Source: Macrostomum lignano
Lineage: Eukaryota
NCBI GenBank assembly: GCA_002269645.1
Contig: NIVC01001279.1
Coordinates: forward strand, 248,001-312,000
Length of the DNA: 64,000 nucleotides
Reading direction: 5' to 3'
Within the stretch, counting starts at the first letter, position 1. The number at the start of each line of letters is the position of its first letter. A program made the position numbers and the translations under genes. Positions 22,544 through 37,245 of this stretch are shown in pieces. Under the pieces are notes generated by a model. The model did not search any database and was not told where the DNA came from. It saw only the letters and a program-made list of their open reading frames with translations.

Positions 22544-23674
22544 TCAAGTCACAACCGACCCAAAGCGCGCATACCCGTCGGCCTGCAGCTCTCGTTCCCG
22601 CTGTTTCTGCAGCGATCGACGCAGCTTCGCTTGCTGCCGCAGCTGCTTTTCCAGACGCTTCCGAAGGCACCGGCGTCGGCTACGGTGCTGACGCAACCGC
22701 CGTCGCCGCCTGTACTTCTGCATGCTGCTGCGCAGGAACCATCGCACCGATCGGCTGTAGCAAAGGAGCACCAGAAAGTTCAGGCAGGAGTCAACCGGTA
22801 CGAACACCATGCCCCAGGTGGCCAGCTCCTCCAGCACCTGCAGCCTGGCAAAATCAGATTGGTCCAACGGCAGTGTCAAACTGTTCAACAGGTAGCCGCA
22901 GGTGACGGTATAGGTTATAGCCAGTGGAGACTCGAGTAGCACGAAGCCGATGGACAGAGTCAGAACCATCTTCGTCACCCGGTTGGTGGCCCGGTGCGGC
23001 GCCAGTCGGTAGCGCAGGGCGTGCGCGATCTTGGCGGTAGCGGCCAGAATCGCCAGGCCTGGCAGCATGACGCCAAGAGCGGCGAAGCTCACCGACTTGA
23101 TGAGGTAGACGCGAATATAAGCCACGAGAGCATTCTCCGCAGTTGCATTGGCTTGCTTATCCACTGCACCAGTCAGCGTGGGACTTCTAGCGAGCAGAGT
23201 CAGAGTCGAGAGGCACACAATCAAGCACACAATCGAGAACTGATGCCTGCCGCGAAAATAGTCATTCCGTTGGGCGGCCAGCTGAGGCCGCACCGTGATG
23301 GCCATTCGGTGCAGAGTGACGGCCAGCAGCCAGTAGTTGCGAGTCATCTGAACGGCGTGAACTCCGAGCCCGAGCTCCTGCGGCAGAGCTCCGGGGTCCT
23401 TGGCCGCCATCATGCTGATGAACAGCGACAGTAGGGCCACACTGAGCAGTATTTCCATAACAGTGAGCACCTGCATGCCGGCAGAGCGTTCGCGCACCTG
23501 GCTGCGAATCAGGATGAACAGCAGAAACGAGTTCAGCACGAGGGCGAATGTGGCGAATGTTGCCACTAGTCCGATGGCCGCTTGAGTCGACATGGAAACG
23601 TCTTTGAAGCCAGCAATGGCCGGAGCGGATGAGTTCATGCCATTGGTAGCATTCTCAAGCAGGTCGGCGTCCAT
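22544..23674 (-). CDS. Identical GPCR, copy 2
   Basis: Same 376-aa translation; overlapping alternative-frame ORFs are also identical. Confidence 0.88.
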   Translation of the reverse strand: MDADLLENATNGMNSSAPAIAGFKDVSMSTQAAIGLVATFATFALVLNSFLLFILIRSQVRERSAGMQVLTVMEILLSVALLSLFISMMAAKDPGALPQELGLGVHAVQMTRNYWLLAVTLHRMAITVRPQLAAQRNDYFRGRHQFSIVCLIVCLSTLTLLARSPTLTGAVDKQANATAENALVAYIRVYLIKSVSFAALGVMLPGLAILAATAKIAHALRYRLAPHRATNRVTKMVLTLSIGFVLLESPLAITYTVTCGYLLNSLTLPLDQSDFARLQVLEELATWGMVFVPVDSCLNFLVLLCYSRSVRWFLRSSMQKYRRRRRLRQHRSRRRCLRKRLEKQLRQQAKLRRSLQKQRERELQADGYARFGSVVT

Positions 23675-23918
23675 CTGCTTGGCTTGACAGTTTGGTCGTC
23701 GGGGTGCAATGAGTTGTTTTTACTCTCCGTGTTAGCAACTGCGCGCTCGCTGAAGCAGCGCAGATCGCCGAGGAGACAGGAAATAAGTAGACAGAGCTGT
23801 CCTAACTGAATGTAGGAGGCAGAGCAGCCTCTGATCTGATTGGCTGAGAAAGTGATTGGATTGTGATGGTGCAGTATTGCTTTCTAGTGCTTGAAGTTTA
23901 ATACAACAGAAGGGGGCT

Positions 23919-25001
<1,083 letters not shown>

Positions 25002-28000
25002 TTGTTTGTTGATTGAATAACTTAGTGAGTGATTTATAATTTTATTTACTTAATGGTAGATTAATCATTAACTTTAATAATTTTTAACAAGTAAAGTCAG
25101 CCACTGTAGCAAACAAAAACAAACAAAGCTTTCTCGAGCCGCAGTATTACGTGCGCTAGGTTGACCCTTCCAGTAAAATAATAATTCTGTGCGCTCTTTT
25201 GTTCGCTCTATTCATGTGATTCCTTCCCACCTCTTCGGCCTAACTGCCTGACTGGGTATCAGCTGCACAGGGATTGAGGACGTGTCTGCACTAATGCGTC
25301 ACTCTGAACGTCTCTCGCCGCGCATTGTTCCCACGCATCTGAGCGATGGGTTGCTCGGGTCTACCGGGGTAATTTTCTGTCGAAAAAGCTCTGCCCTCTC
25401 AATTTTTGCAATCCTATACTTTTCATTGCTTGCTCGCGAATTGAAGCTTGCAACCCATCATTTCCTGAGACTCTCAAGGCACTTAGGGTTGCCGTCTATC
25501 TTCAGTATAGCCAAATGCCAACTGTGCATTCCCAAATCAAGCCAAGCAAAAGTCAGGCAATCCTGCCAGAAGATATCTCGGATCAGATCAAATAAAATAA
25601 CTCCGCTGAACCGTCAAAAGTCTAAAGGACAACCTCACACTGAGCCCTTAGCTTAATTGTGGACTCGTAGATGCTAGTAAAATAATTTTCATATCTTTAA
25701 GGCTTGTCGAAGGTTAATTAATTAGGAATGATGATATCTGAAGCAATCTGACTGTCTCTGCAAGTTGTATATTTCCTGCTTAGAGTCACCACTACGAAAG
25801 TATTCTTGAGCGATGGAGGTTTGTTAAAGCTAGACAGGATTTAACCTACTGCCTTTCTCAAGGACGGCTGTTCAGAAAGCAGGAAGTTTCACACGAGCTT
25901 AGTGCTAAGCGTCTGAAAAGTATGGATAAGAAAAATGAATCCTCCGCAGACGTAAAGCCAAGGACTGCTTAAGTAGAAGGATGGGAAACTGCAGGTTTTT
26001 TCCCATTGCATTGTCTTTTTTACAGACATGTAGTCATTCTGTTACACATTTAGTTGCACTGTCATTAAGCTACGAATGCTACAATAGATTCATAAAATCA
26101 ATGAGGGGAGTCGAGCTGCGCCATTCCTGTGATTTTTTATTTATGATGATTTATAATATATGAGCTATAAGATAGACATATCAAGAGATGGACATTGGGT
26201 CTCCCTTCTGTATTCAAAAGCAATAAAAATGTTTGTGCTGAAAAAAATGAAAAAAACTCCTATCTCCATAGTGTATGTTTTTGGTAAAAACTGCCTCCTA
26301 AAATTTTCCAAGGAGGCTTTCATGTCTCTCTTTTCTCTGAAATCTGGATCAAACAGAGCCAGGGTAACCACATGTGATAGGCAAATTTCCAACGGATATC
26401 GAATTTCATTGCATTTCCTGAAAAAACAAGCGAAAGGATTGCCTGTAGAGAGTCTTGTCGAGGACCGCTTAGTAAAGTCGAATCAAGAAGGTCTTGTATG
26501 AAGATAATCTTTGAGCTGGTTTAGTTTGGCTGATTGCCTAGAGGTAAGCTACACTAAAGCTGGGAGACCTTGTACCGGAACCTTTATTGAGCACCAACTG
26601 TTCCCTCCAATCCTTATTGGCAGACATTATTCAGCTGATTTCAGCTTGTAATTTTATAAAAAAAGGACTGGACCTTCGCTTTTGACAGCACAATGACATT
26701 CGATAGAGGTAATGATGGGACTGAAATTTGAATTATTGTGCCCAAAACTCGGTCAATAGTAAAACATTTCTGCATCATTTCAGGCTCTTGAAATTGTTTG
26801 TTGTTTGCTGTTGTTGAAAATGTATAAAAGTGTTCGTTGCGTTTCGTTGAGAAAGTATGTACGCTTTCACTCCAGGTATTCCAGATTTCCCGGACTTAAA
26901 ATATTAGTGCAAGTGCATTTGCTCATTGAAGTACCCACAGAGAATATGATGTCTGATAACTGCATCAACAGAAAATACTTTAACGGTAGATTTAACGGTA
27001 TCGAGTGAATATTTCTACACGGAAATTAAAATTTTCCTTCCTTCAAAATGGAAAGCAAAATAGATGAAAACATTTACAGTGTTGGATAGCTACCTTCTAA
27101 TAGATTTGCCCGCATCAAAGTGTCATAAATGTCTAGGTTGATGGCGTTCCGTCTTAGCGACTTAATTTTTTGCTCAAAATTGAATTCCAATTTAAGCATC
27201 TAAGCAGCTCACGCAGAGCAAAGCAGACGATATGAAAGTAGAAACTTCTTCTGCCTCGTGCTCATACTCAAGCTAGTTGCAGTAGCTCGTATGCAACAGT
27301 CTTGATATGACTATAAAATTTGCATTTACCAAAAGTTTTAATTTATCTGCATGAATTCTTTCGTCTTCATCTGTTCGCGTGCAAAGCTTACGAATATTTC
27401 TGCTTTGAGATTAGAGCGTAAAAGTGCCGTAAAACCTTTTGTAAACGAATAATTTATCACATAGTTGTTAAAAATTTGGTTAAAATAGCTGGTATATCCA
27501 AGTCGATAGAAATATGACACGGGATTGCACGTGGAACTATGACTATCTAATGTTGGAAAAATGATAGGGTAGCATGTGCATTTCCCCTAGATGTATACGA
27601 ACGAACTTTCAACATCCGATCCAGCTCACCAGCCATACCTTTTGACTTAATTCGGCCTGACCAATGTGCAGTAGCTATATACAACAGAGAGTACCATCAA
27701 AGTTTCTTTACAGTCCGGCAATATGTTAGTTAATACTTTTTTTGAGGATTAACCACTAAATGTATATAATTTTATAGATTTTTGGCAATATACGAGCGTA
27801 TTAGTCTGATCAATCTCATTCTCAATTATGTCACTCAATTAACTAACATTTCATCAGAATCGACTCTTGTTGAATATCATAATATCATTAATCCAGCGGT
27901 TTGCTCTAGTGGCAGCGGTATCAACCTCAATCGAGGCATTGCCACTTTCAATCGAGCTTCGTTTTTATCATATCCTGCACTGAAAGGGTATTTAATAGGT

Positions 28001-28442
28001 CTATAAATATTTGCAAAAAGGTGTCAATTAAATAGCAATTAATTTTGATATGCTGAATATTGAATTGGCAAGAGTAGAAGACTTGACAATCGATCTCAGC
28101 TCATAATCGTTTTCGTTTGATCTTTGATCACTACTCATTAATATTATGTGTTTTGTCTATTTTCTCGCGCGCGTTATTGTCCATTGACAAAAATACACAG
28201 ATATATAGATTTTTCTGGACATTATGTAATGCGTTATCCGTAATTTCATTTGGTAATACTCAATAATATCCCGTAAAATCTTTTCGTTTTTTCTACAGTA
28301 CAGCAAAGCTGGGACGAGTCTATTACAGACGCCATCGTTGAAGCTGATTTGAGCTATAAAACTTTGCCTCTAAACCATTTCAACCACTTCACCCAACTTC
28401 GCATCACTTCTTTTGGCTTCTTTTTGACTATTTTAATGGTCA

Positions 28443-29927
28443 AAGCCGTGCAGGAATGACTACGTCTATGGTTGAAAGAGAAAGCCGTGCAGGAATGACT
28501 ACATGTACATCTATGGTCGAAAGAGAGAGCCGTGCAGGAATGACTACATGTACATCTATGGTCAAAAGCGAGAGCCGTGCAGGAATGACTACATGTACAT
28601 CTATGGTCAAAAGCGAGAGCCGTGCAGGAATGACTACATGTACATCTATGGTCAAAAGCGAGAGCCGTGCAGGAATGACTACATGTACATCTATGGTCGA
28701 AAGAGAGAGCCGTGCAGGAATGACTACATGTACATCTATGGTCGAAAGAGAAAGCCGTGCAGGAATGACTACATGTACATCTATGGTCGAAAGAGAAAGC
28801 CGTGCAGGAATGACTACATGTACATCTATGGTCAAAAGCGAGAGCCGTGCAGGAATGACTACATGTACATCTATGGTCGAAAGAGAGAGCCGTGCAGGAA
28901 TGACTACATGTACATCTATGGTCGAAAGAGAAAGCCGTGCAGGAATGACTACATGTACATCTATGGTCGAAAGAGAGAGCCGTGCAGGAATGACTACATG
29001 TACATCTATGGTCGAAAGAGAGAGCCGTGCAGGAATGACTACATGTACATCTATGGTCGAAAGAGAAAGCCGTGCAGGAATGACTACATGTACATCTATG
29101 GTCGAAAGAGAAAGCCGTGCAGGAATGACTACATGTACATCTATGGTCGAAAGAGAAAGCCGTGCAGGAATGAGTACATGTACATCTATGGTCGAAAGAG
29201 AAAGCCGTGCAGGAATGACTACATGTACATCTATGGTCAAAAGCGAGAGCCGTGCAGGAATGACTACATCTATGGTCGAAAGAGAAAGCCGTGCAGGAAT
29301 GACTACATCTATGGTCGAAAGAGAAAGCCGTGCAGGAATGACTACATGTACATCTATGGTCAAAAGTGAGAGCCGTGCAGGAATGACTACATGTACATCT
29401 ATGGTCAAAAGCGAGAGCCGTGCAGGAATGACTACATGTACATCTATGGTCAAAAGCGAGAGCCGTGCAGGAATGACTACATGTACATCTATGGTCAAAA
29501 GCGAGAGCCGTGCAGGAATGACTACATGTACATCTATGGTCAAAAGCGAGAGCCGTGCAGGAATGACTACATGTACATCTATGGTCAAAAGCGAGAGCCG
29601 TGCAGGAATGACTACATGTACATCTATGGTCAAAAGCGAGAGCCGTGCAGGAATGACTACATGTACATCTATGGTCAAAAGCGAAAGCCGTGTAGGAATG
29701 ACTACATGTACATCTATGGTCAAAAGCGAAAGCCGTGTAGGAATGACTACATGTACATCTATGGTCAAAAGCGAAAGCCGTGTAGGAATGACTACATGTA
29801 CATCTATGGTTGAAGGATAAAGCCTTGCAGGAATGACTACATGTACATCTATGGTTGAAAGAGAAAACCGTGCAGGAATTACTACATGTACATCTATGGT
29901 CGAAAGCGAAAGCCGTGCAGGAATGAC
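28443..29927 (-). repeat. Mirror 45-bp satellite, ~33 units, different dominant variants
   Basis: Direct reading. Includes 39-bp units lacking catgta. Confidence 0.98.
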
Positions 29928-32514
29928 TGCAAGAATTATGGATAGGAGCCAACAACGTTCATTCAATGTATTTTTATTGAAATGCATCTCAAATATGCTA
30001 AGCCAAAGCTTCCATTGTTTTTTTGATTGTTAAATTCTAAATTTAGAACGCATCAACTTAAACTGTTTTTCTGCGTTTATTCTTTGCTGAACTGCTCAAA
30101 ATATATTTTCAACGTCACTACGAAGCCATGCAATGCCTCAGCTAAATTCAACTGATTTCAGAATTCCCAAGAAAATCAATTTGCGTCCACCCCACCATAC
30201 CCATCGTTCTTCATTATCCTCAATGATAATCACCTCTCATAGGCCTGCCGCTGAGAATCACACCTAATCTACCAATTCCTAAGAATAATTTCAGATTTAC
30301 CAACCCTTGAGAATCACTCCCGATCTAAACAGCCTCTGAGAATCACTCCCGATCCAACCGACCCTTGAGAATCACTCCCGATCCAACGAGCCTTTGAGAA
30401 TCACTCCCGATCCAACCAGCCTCTGAGAATCACTCCCGATCCAACGAGCCTTTGAGAATCACTCCCGATCCAACCAGCCTCTGAGAATCACTCCCAATCC
30501 AACCGACCCCAAAGAATCACTCCCGATCCCCGTTTCCATTGCACTCCTTCTGATACCCTCGGTGAACCATTTACAATCCTATATACTAAAAATGGTCTGT
30601 CGGTAGGTACATATGTGGATATGTGATCGGTTGAGCAAAAACGGCTCAACCGATGCCTCTCAGTTTACGTTTAGGTTTTCCGTTCCAGTAGAAACAATGG
30701 GAGCGACAATGACGCGAAAATAGACAGACTTTTTATTTTGAACTTGCACAACAAACAGCCAGAATGAATCAATGAACTAATCTAAAAACAGAGTACAAGC
30801 CTCTTTAATCAAATTTCTCTTGTTCATCCTTTTTCGATGAGCAGCTGTAGATGAGCAGAAAGGAGCTGGTAATGATGAAGTTGAGCACAATTAGGACGAA
30901 CCCGATGAACCAGATGACAGCCAACGACATCTTTGTGCTGCTATTTTCACCGAGCTTCAGTTCCTTTGTGAACTCGAACCCTGCAGCCAAGTTTGAGGCG
31001 TTCAAGTTCAGAAATCTAATATATTGTGATGTGAGCACAATAGGAAGAGGAAGAGGAAGTAAGGGGACCCTCAGGAACTCGTAAAGTGAGTACTTTACCA
31101 TTCTGTGTGGTGAAGTGATAATTCTGAGTGGTAAAGTGACCATTCTGAGTGATAAAGTGACCATTCTGAGTGGTAGAGTGACCATTCCGAGGGGGTAAAG
31201 TGACCATTCTGAGTGGTAGAGTGACCATTCCGAGGGGGTAAAGTGACCATTCTGAGTGGTAGAGTGACCATTCTGAGTGGTAGAGTGACCATTCCGAGGG
31301 GGTAAAGTGACCATTCTGAGTGGTAGAGTGACCATTCTGAGTGGGTAAAGTGACCATTCTGAGTGGTAGAGTGACCATTCTGAGTGGTAGAGTGACCATT
31401 CTGAGTGGTAGAGTGACCATTCCGAGGGGGTAAAGTGACCATTCTGAGTGGTAGAGTGACCATTCTGAGTGGTAGAGTGACCATTCTGAGTGGTAGAGTG
31501 ACCATTCTGAGTGGTAGAGTGACCATTCCGAGGGGGTAAAGTGACTATTCTGAGTGGTAGAGTGACCATTCTGAGTGGTAGAGTGACCATTCCGAGGGGT
31601 AAAGTGACGATTCGGAGTGGCCCGGTTATCATCGTTACGAGTAGCTCAGCAAAAATCTCTGCCAATCAAAGCGACTAAGCCGTTACACTTACGTGTGGTT
31701 GTCACGCCAACAATGGCGCACACAATGCAGCAAATTCCGCAGTTAATTAACCAGAAAGACAGAATAGTAAAAAACTGCACCTCCCAGGGAGGCACCAATC
31801 GAGATTTAGACATGATAATTTTCTCCTTCATCGGCCGGCTTCCTAGATAGTTGATGATATCCTGATGCAGTGACGGGTCGTCATTAAACACTTTCTGCAC
31901 ATCGATGCTGTTTTCGTGGACATCGGTGTACCTCTTGTCCTCGGACTTCTGATCATGGTGCACCTGCTCTTCCGCTAGTTGATTTAACAGAGTCGACCTT
32001 CGTTCAAGTTCTTGATGCTCCACCAGTTTATCGACAGCTGTAGGAGATGCAGCAGGTTGATTGCTGACATTTTCGTCGACGCTGTCCTTGTCTCTTGATT
32101 CATCGCACTGATTATTGTTGGCGCAGTTAAGAAACTGAGAATACACGTAATATTCATAGTTTTCGGCTAGAAATGACATTTTGGACTAGAAATTTGACCC
32201 AGGCCATGGATAAAGTAATCCTTTTTCGACGGGCTCAAGATTGGGGGCGATACCGCTTGGTTTATTTCATAGACACTGCGCATGATGGTGTTAAAATATG
32301 CCAGCAATTTTAAAAAGCCAAGGTCCAGTGCTAAGTTTATATTTACATTTGTAGAAGTGATCATGCATGAAAGAAAGAACTCAATCGCAAGAAAGTCGAA
32401 TTATTTAGGACGGGCCATAGACAAATTTTCAAACAAAGATGATTTCCAGCTTCTCATCAAAGATCAATGGCCATTCACAGACCATTCAATGGGGGATTCA
32501 CGGACCATTGATTT

Positions 32515-33660
32515 TTGCTATTTCCTAAATTTTCACTCACAGAATTTTTAAAACCTAAAAATATAACGAATCTTCGAGCATTCTTTGGTCTTGTTAACCA
32601 AGTTGGAAAATTTACTCCAGAAGTTGTGGAGGTAACAGGCCCGCTAGGACCGCTGCTATCAAAAAAAGAACATGTTTCAGTGGGGACAAGAACGGCAAGA
32701 TGCTTTTGAAAAGGCCCGCAGCCACCTCGCAAACACGTCTACCCTTGCCTACGACAAGGCGGGATCCAGGTTCATCTCTACTGGTACCGAATTTAGATCC
32801 GCAATGATTAAGCTAGAATTGTTGGCCGTGGTCTGGGCGACACAGAAGTGTAGGCTTTTCCTAGAAGGTCTGTCTGAGTTCGACATCGTTACTGACCACA
32901 AGCCCCTAGTTCCGATTCTGAACAGCTACCAGCTGGACCTGATCGAGATCCCCAGAATCCAGCGCTTGAGAGCTAAACTGGAACGCCATGCAAGATGGGT
33001 TAAAGGCAAGGATAATGCACCTGTAGACTACCCGACTCAACAGGACGAGCTAGCAGAATCAGCAGACTTTCACCTGTCACACCAACTCATGCTACCAAGA
33101 AAATCACTCCTGATCCACCCGACCCTTAAGAATCACTCCCGATCCAACCGACCCCTGAGAATCACTCCCGATCCAACCGACCCCTGAGAATCACTCCCGA
33201 TCCAACCGACCCCTGAGAATCACTCCCGATCCAACCGACCCTTGATGCTACCAAATGCAAAACTGGACCCTAGCTTGTGTTGAGTGCAAGAAAGCACGAC
33301 TGTTGTTCAGGATCTGCAGGACCTAAAGCAGCACAATACAGACGGATTTCCGAACGACAAGACCAATATGCCCAACAATGTGCGCCCATTCTGGAATGTG
33401 CGTGAAGAGATTACCGTCGGAGACGGGATCATCCTCTGCTGCTGAAGTTGATGCAGCGTTCCATGAGCCATGAGAAAGCAGATTCTTACACACCAAGGAC
33501 TTACCAAGACAAAACAGAGGTCTTGCACTGGCCAGGCCTCGACCGAGACATTGAGAGCGCTATAAGACAATGTAAGTCGTTCCAGGAACACCTCCCATCC
33601 CAAGTTAAGGAGCCCATGAGCATATTAAATCCACCAGAACATTGTTTTCAGCGCATATAA
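32515..33660 (+). mobile_element. Mirror copy of the Ty3/Gypsy pol remnant
   Basis: ORFs 32515-32709, 32672-33187 and 33448-33660 carry the same motifs. Confidence 0.9.
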
Positions 33661-34306
33661 GCAGATTTCTGCGAACACGCCAACAAAAAGTTCCTGGTTG
33701 ATTGTGGACGCCCATTGCCTCCAAATAGGCCTCGATGGTCGCTTGTCATGCGTCAAACTCGTCTATAGAATCTACTGCTAGATCGAGACGGAGGATTTAA
33801 AGCCCAGGAAGCCTGAACCGACTGGTACCAGGTACTTGCAGTCATAACAGCGGCTCTTGGTCTCATTGGCGATATCAAAATCACGGGGGCCTGTGACCCC
33901 ATCGCTGGATTCGGGCTTTTGCTCATTAATTTGACTGCACTTTGAATCGAGCCTGGGTCGCTGGGACACAAGAGAGCCGCGCTAGACGACTAGGCTACGC
34001 CCCGTCACTTTTTGTCTTCACGTTGACAACCAATTCTCCAGGCCAATTATTTTCCATGGACCAGCTTCGGCTCTTAGAATTTTACAAGCATATTCCTCGA
34101 AGGCATGATGATGTACCTTCTCGTAAATCGTAACAAAAATATTGCTAAACGCACTGCCATATGCGGTTAAAAACACTCACTCCAAAGTATCGCGATTATT
34201 GAATGGAATAATTTCAAGTGGGTTTTATTGAATTGTGGATTTGCGAAAATTTGCGACAGCGAATGTGAAACTCTAAAACTTTAGAGTTTAGTTAGTGAAC
34301 GAGTGT

Positions 34307-34620
34307 CAGCCAGTCAGTCAGTCAGTCAGTCAGCCAGTCAGTCAGTCAGTCAGTCAGTCAGTCAGTCAGTCAGTCAGTCAGTCAGTCAGTCAGTCAGTCA
34401 GTCAGTCAGTCAGTCAGTCAGTCAGTCAGTCAGTCAGTCAGTCAGTCAGTCAGTCAGTCAGTCAGTCAGTCAGTCAGTCAGTCAGTCAGTCAGTCAGTCA
34501 GTCAGTCAGTCAGTCAGTCAGTCAGTCAGTCAGTCAGTCAGTCAGTCAGTCAGTCAGTCAGTCAGTCAGTCAGTCAGTCAGTCAGTCAGTCAGTCAGTCA
34601 GTCAGTCAGTTAGTCAGTTA
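34307..34620 (+). repeat. (AGTC)n microsatellite, ~78 units (mirror of 3478-3938)
   Basis: Direct reading. Confidence 0.98.
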
Positions 34621-35094
34621 TTCGGCTTCTTCTAGCAAAGTGGGCTGGCTTCTCCAATTGCAGCTGGGTCTGATATGCACAAAATAGGAGCTCTTGCAAC
34701 GAGCGGGCGTCCCAACAGCGCTTGTAGCCTGCGCAGACGAAGCAGCGGCTTGTGGCAGTTTGCTGAGCTCCGACTCGGAACCATATCGAACTTCTAAAGT
34801 CTTCCAAAATCGAGCAGGCTGTTGTTTCTGTTGTTGTGGTTTTGGTTGCTGCTGCTGTTGTTGTTGTTGCAAGTGTCGTCGAGTTGCAGGCGGCGCGAGC
34901 ACCATTGCCAAGTGGCTGCTGTGGCGCCTGACGCAATTGCGATCCACGTCAGTCATTGAGACGGCTTTGCGCAGTAGGGAAGACATCGACGACGGGACTT
35001 CGTCACGGTTCAGCTCGTTTCCAGTGCTTTCTGACCTGTTGTGACGGCTGACTATGGGAAAGCGGAACGGCTGCGGCGTATCTGCGAATGGCAT
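34618..35094 (-). CDS. Mirror copy of the Gln-rich exon
   Basis: 161-aa ORF with several substitutions relative to 2987-3478 (KAASM/KAVSM, RGCLRR/RNCVRR, AALPAQ/AASSAQ). Confidence 0.5.
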   Translation of the reverse strand: MPFADTPQPFRFPIVSRHNRSESTGNELNRDEVPSSMSSLLRKAVSMTDVDRNCVRRHSSHLAMVLAPPATRRHLQQQQQQQQPKPQQQKQQPARFWKTLEVRYGSESELSKLPQAAASSAQATSAVGTPARCKSSYFVHIRPSCNWRSQPTLLEEAE

Positions 35095-37245
35095 CGTGTT
35101 CAAATTTGTGCTTGAATGTAATCAAACATTGTTTTATCGATTATACAATTTTAGTTTTTCGGGGGGGGGAATAGGAAATGACGCAACTTATGGCAACGTT
35201 AGGCCATGATCGACATTAAGAAACAAATAGTTTCATTTTCCACTCTTCTATTAGGGGTTGAGTAGCTTAGCGGTAAACGGTCGACCGTCTTGGTAGCTCC
35301 TGCACAGAAAATGGCTTTGGGTTTTTCGTGCGATTTATTTCCATGATGACTGCGTACTCCTTATGTACACGCAGAGAAAGAGTACAACAGCCTATCGATG
35401 AGAAAGTCTTTGCTGCTGCACACGCTGTGTGAGTGTGTGCCTGCGCACTTGTCTGTGTAAGTATGCTTGCTCCGGGGCAGTGACATGGGAAGGACTGCTA
35501 TCCTTCTCACTGACTCCGAGTTGACTGTCACTTTGAATCCTGACAGAGCTCAAAGCCCAATTAACAACTGGCAATTTATCAGAAAACAGTATTTCGTGCA
35601 TTATTTTAAGCACATCTGAGCATACGCTACCTTGCGAGGAGGAGCTTTCGCTGCAGCTGGACCAGCCATTCTTGTCCGTGCAAGACTCCGCGCTTCCATC
35701 GTCAGCCTCGGAAGTCGAAGCTGAGTCGTCGTCTTCAAGGACGTCGGGGACGTCCGCAGAAATCGATCCTGTTGGCAGCCAGCGCCATCGAGTGCGACGG
35801 TATTGTTGAAGTTGACGACCTCGACGAGTAGTCTTGCTTGCACTGGACAAGTATTTATCATTTTTTGACTCGGCCTCGTTGTCTTCTTGATCAGCCAGGT
35901 TGGACAAAATCAGCTTGGTTGACTGGTACTGATAGGTCGTTGCGACCCTGTTGAGTCGGTTTAAGATTAGACGGCTTCAAAATCTGTGAAGCTGAACGTT
36001 GTTCTATTTTTAGATAAAGTGGTAACACGAGAAATTCTGGACTGTTTAGAAAAAAACGACTACTAAAAACAGTGAAGGAAATTTCGGCATAGAAAAATCG
36101 ATTAACTCACTTTTGTGGCTTCCTGATCACGTATGATGCAAATTAGAAGAAGTACAAACTAAATTCTTAGTTTTTTTTCTTGAGCAGATACTTGAGTATT
36201 TCAATCAAAAGACTTAATACGTCTTGTTATCGATCCTTATTTCCAATATTCCCAAATGCTAACCATGGTTGCCTTTTTTTCTTATCCCAAAGTCACATAT
36301 TTCTTTTTCCTAGTTTGGAATGACTTTCGTCTACAAATGTCTCAATAAAAATCGAAATATTTAAAATAGTTGGCCCTATGCAGGCATCAAAATGAAAAAG
36401 TAAATCAAATTAAACGTTCATACTTTGAGTAGAGTATTGTGAGTAGACATCATTCACGCAAAACTCAAGCACCATGCGGTTATACGGTTTTTAACAGCAT
36501 TCCCACTAACAGAGTTTATTTTTTGTTTAAAACAAACGCATTTCTCCGGCAACGTGCAAGTATTGTGACTTTAGTGTAGGTAAGCTGTGTAAAATTTAGT
36601 TTGTGGTCTCAGGGGAGTGGGGTTATTGATCTCAAGCGCAAACAGAAGGACTGTTGTTTTAGTGGACCTATAAACCGTTTCAAAGTATTAAACTTGAAGT
36701 TCCTTCCTTTAAAGTTTAAAAGCAAGCCAGTAGTCTTAAAATCAAATAGCAACAGTCCCGTCAACGGTTTTCTGTTTCAAAACTGCTCCGCTGAGTCGGC
36801 TGCTAACGGTGGCTGAAATGCTAAAAAGTACCGCAAATGGCATTCTCGTTTCCATGCTGTTGGGTGTGAAGCTATCATGCATTGGATGTTAAATTTCTAT
36901 ATTAGTAGTGCCTCCATGTTGTACGCAACAAACCAAAAGTCAAGGCAGCAAGTCAAACAAAGAACCAAACCACCACGTAATGTATAGTTAGGAGTGAAGG
37001 AAGACCGATAACTGCAGAAAGAAATACAAGCAAGGAGTTTTCTTTCTTAGAGATTGAGTTCATACCTTTGACAGGTAGTACCGCTGACAGCTGAAATTAT
37101 TTTTGATGAACGCTTGAATTACTCGTAAAATAGTGCAATATAGCTTGCAGATGATAAACTATGAAGACATCTAATAACTGCGGACAAAGGCAAGACAGAA
37201 AGATCAACTGTGAACGATAACTATAGTAAGAAATGAAGATCATCT

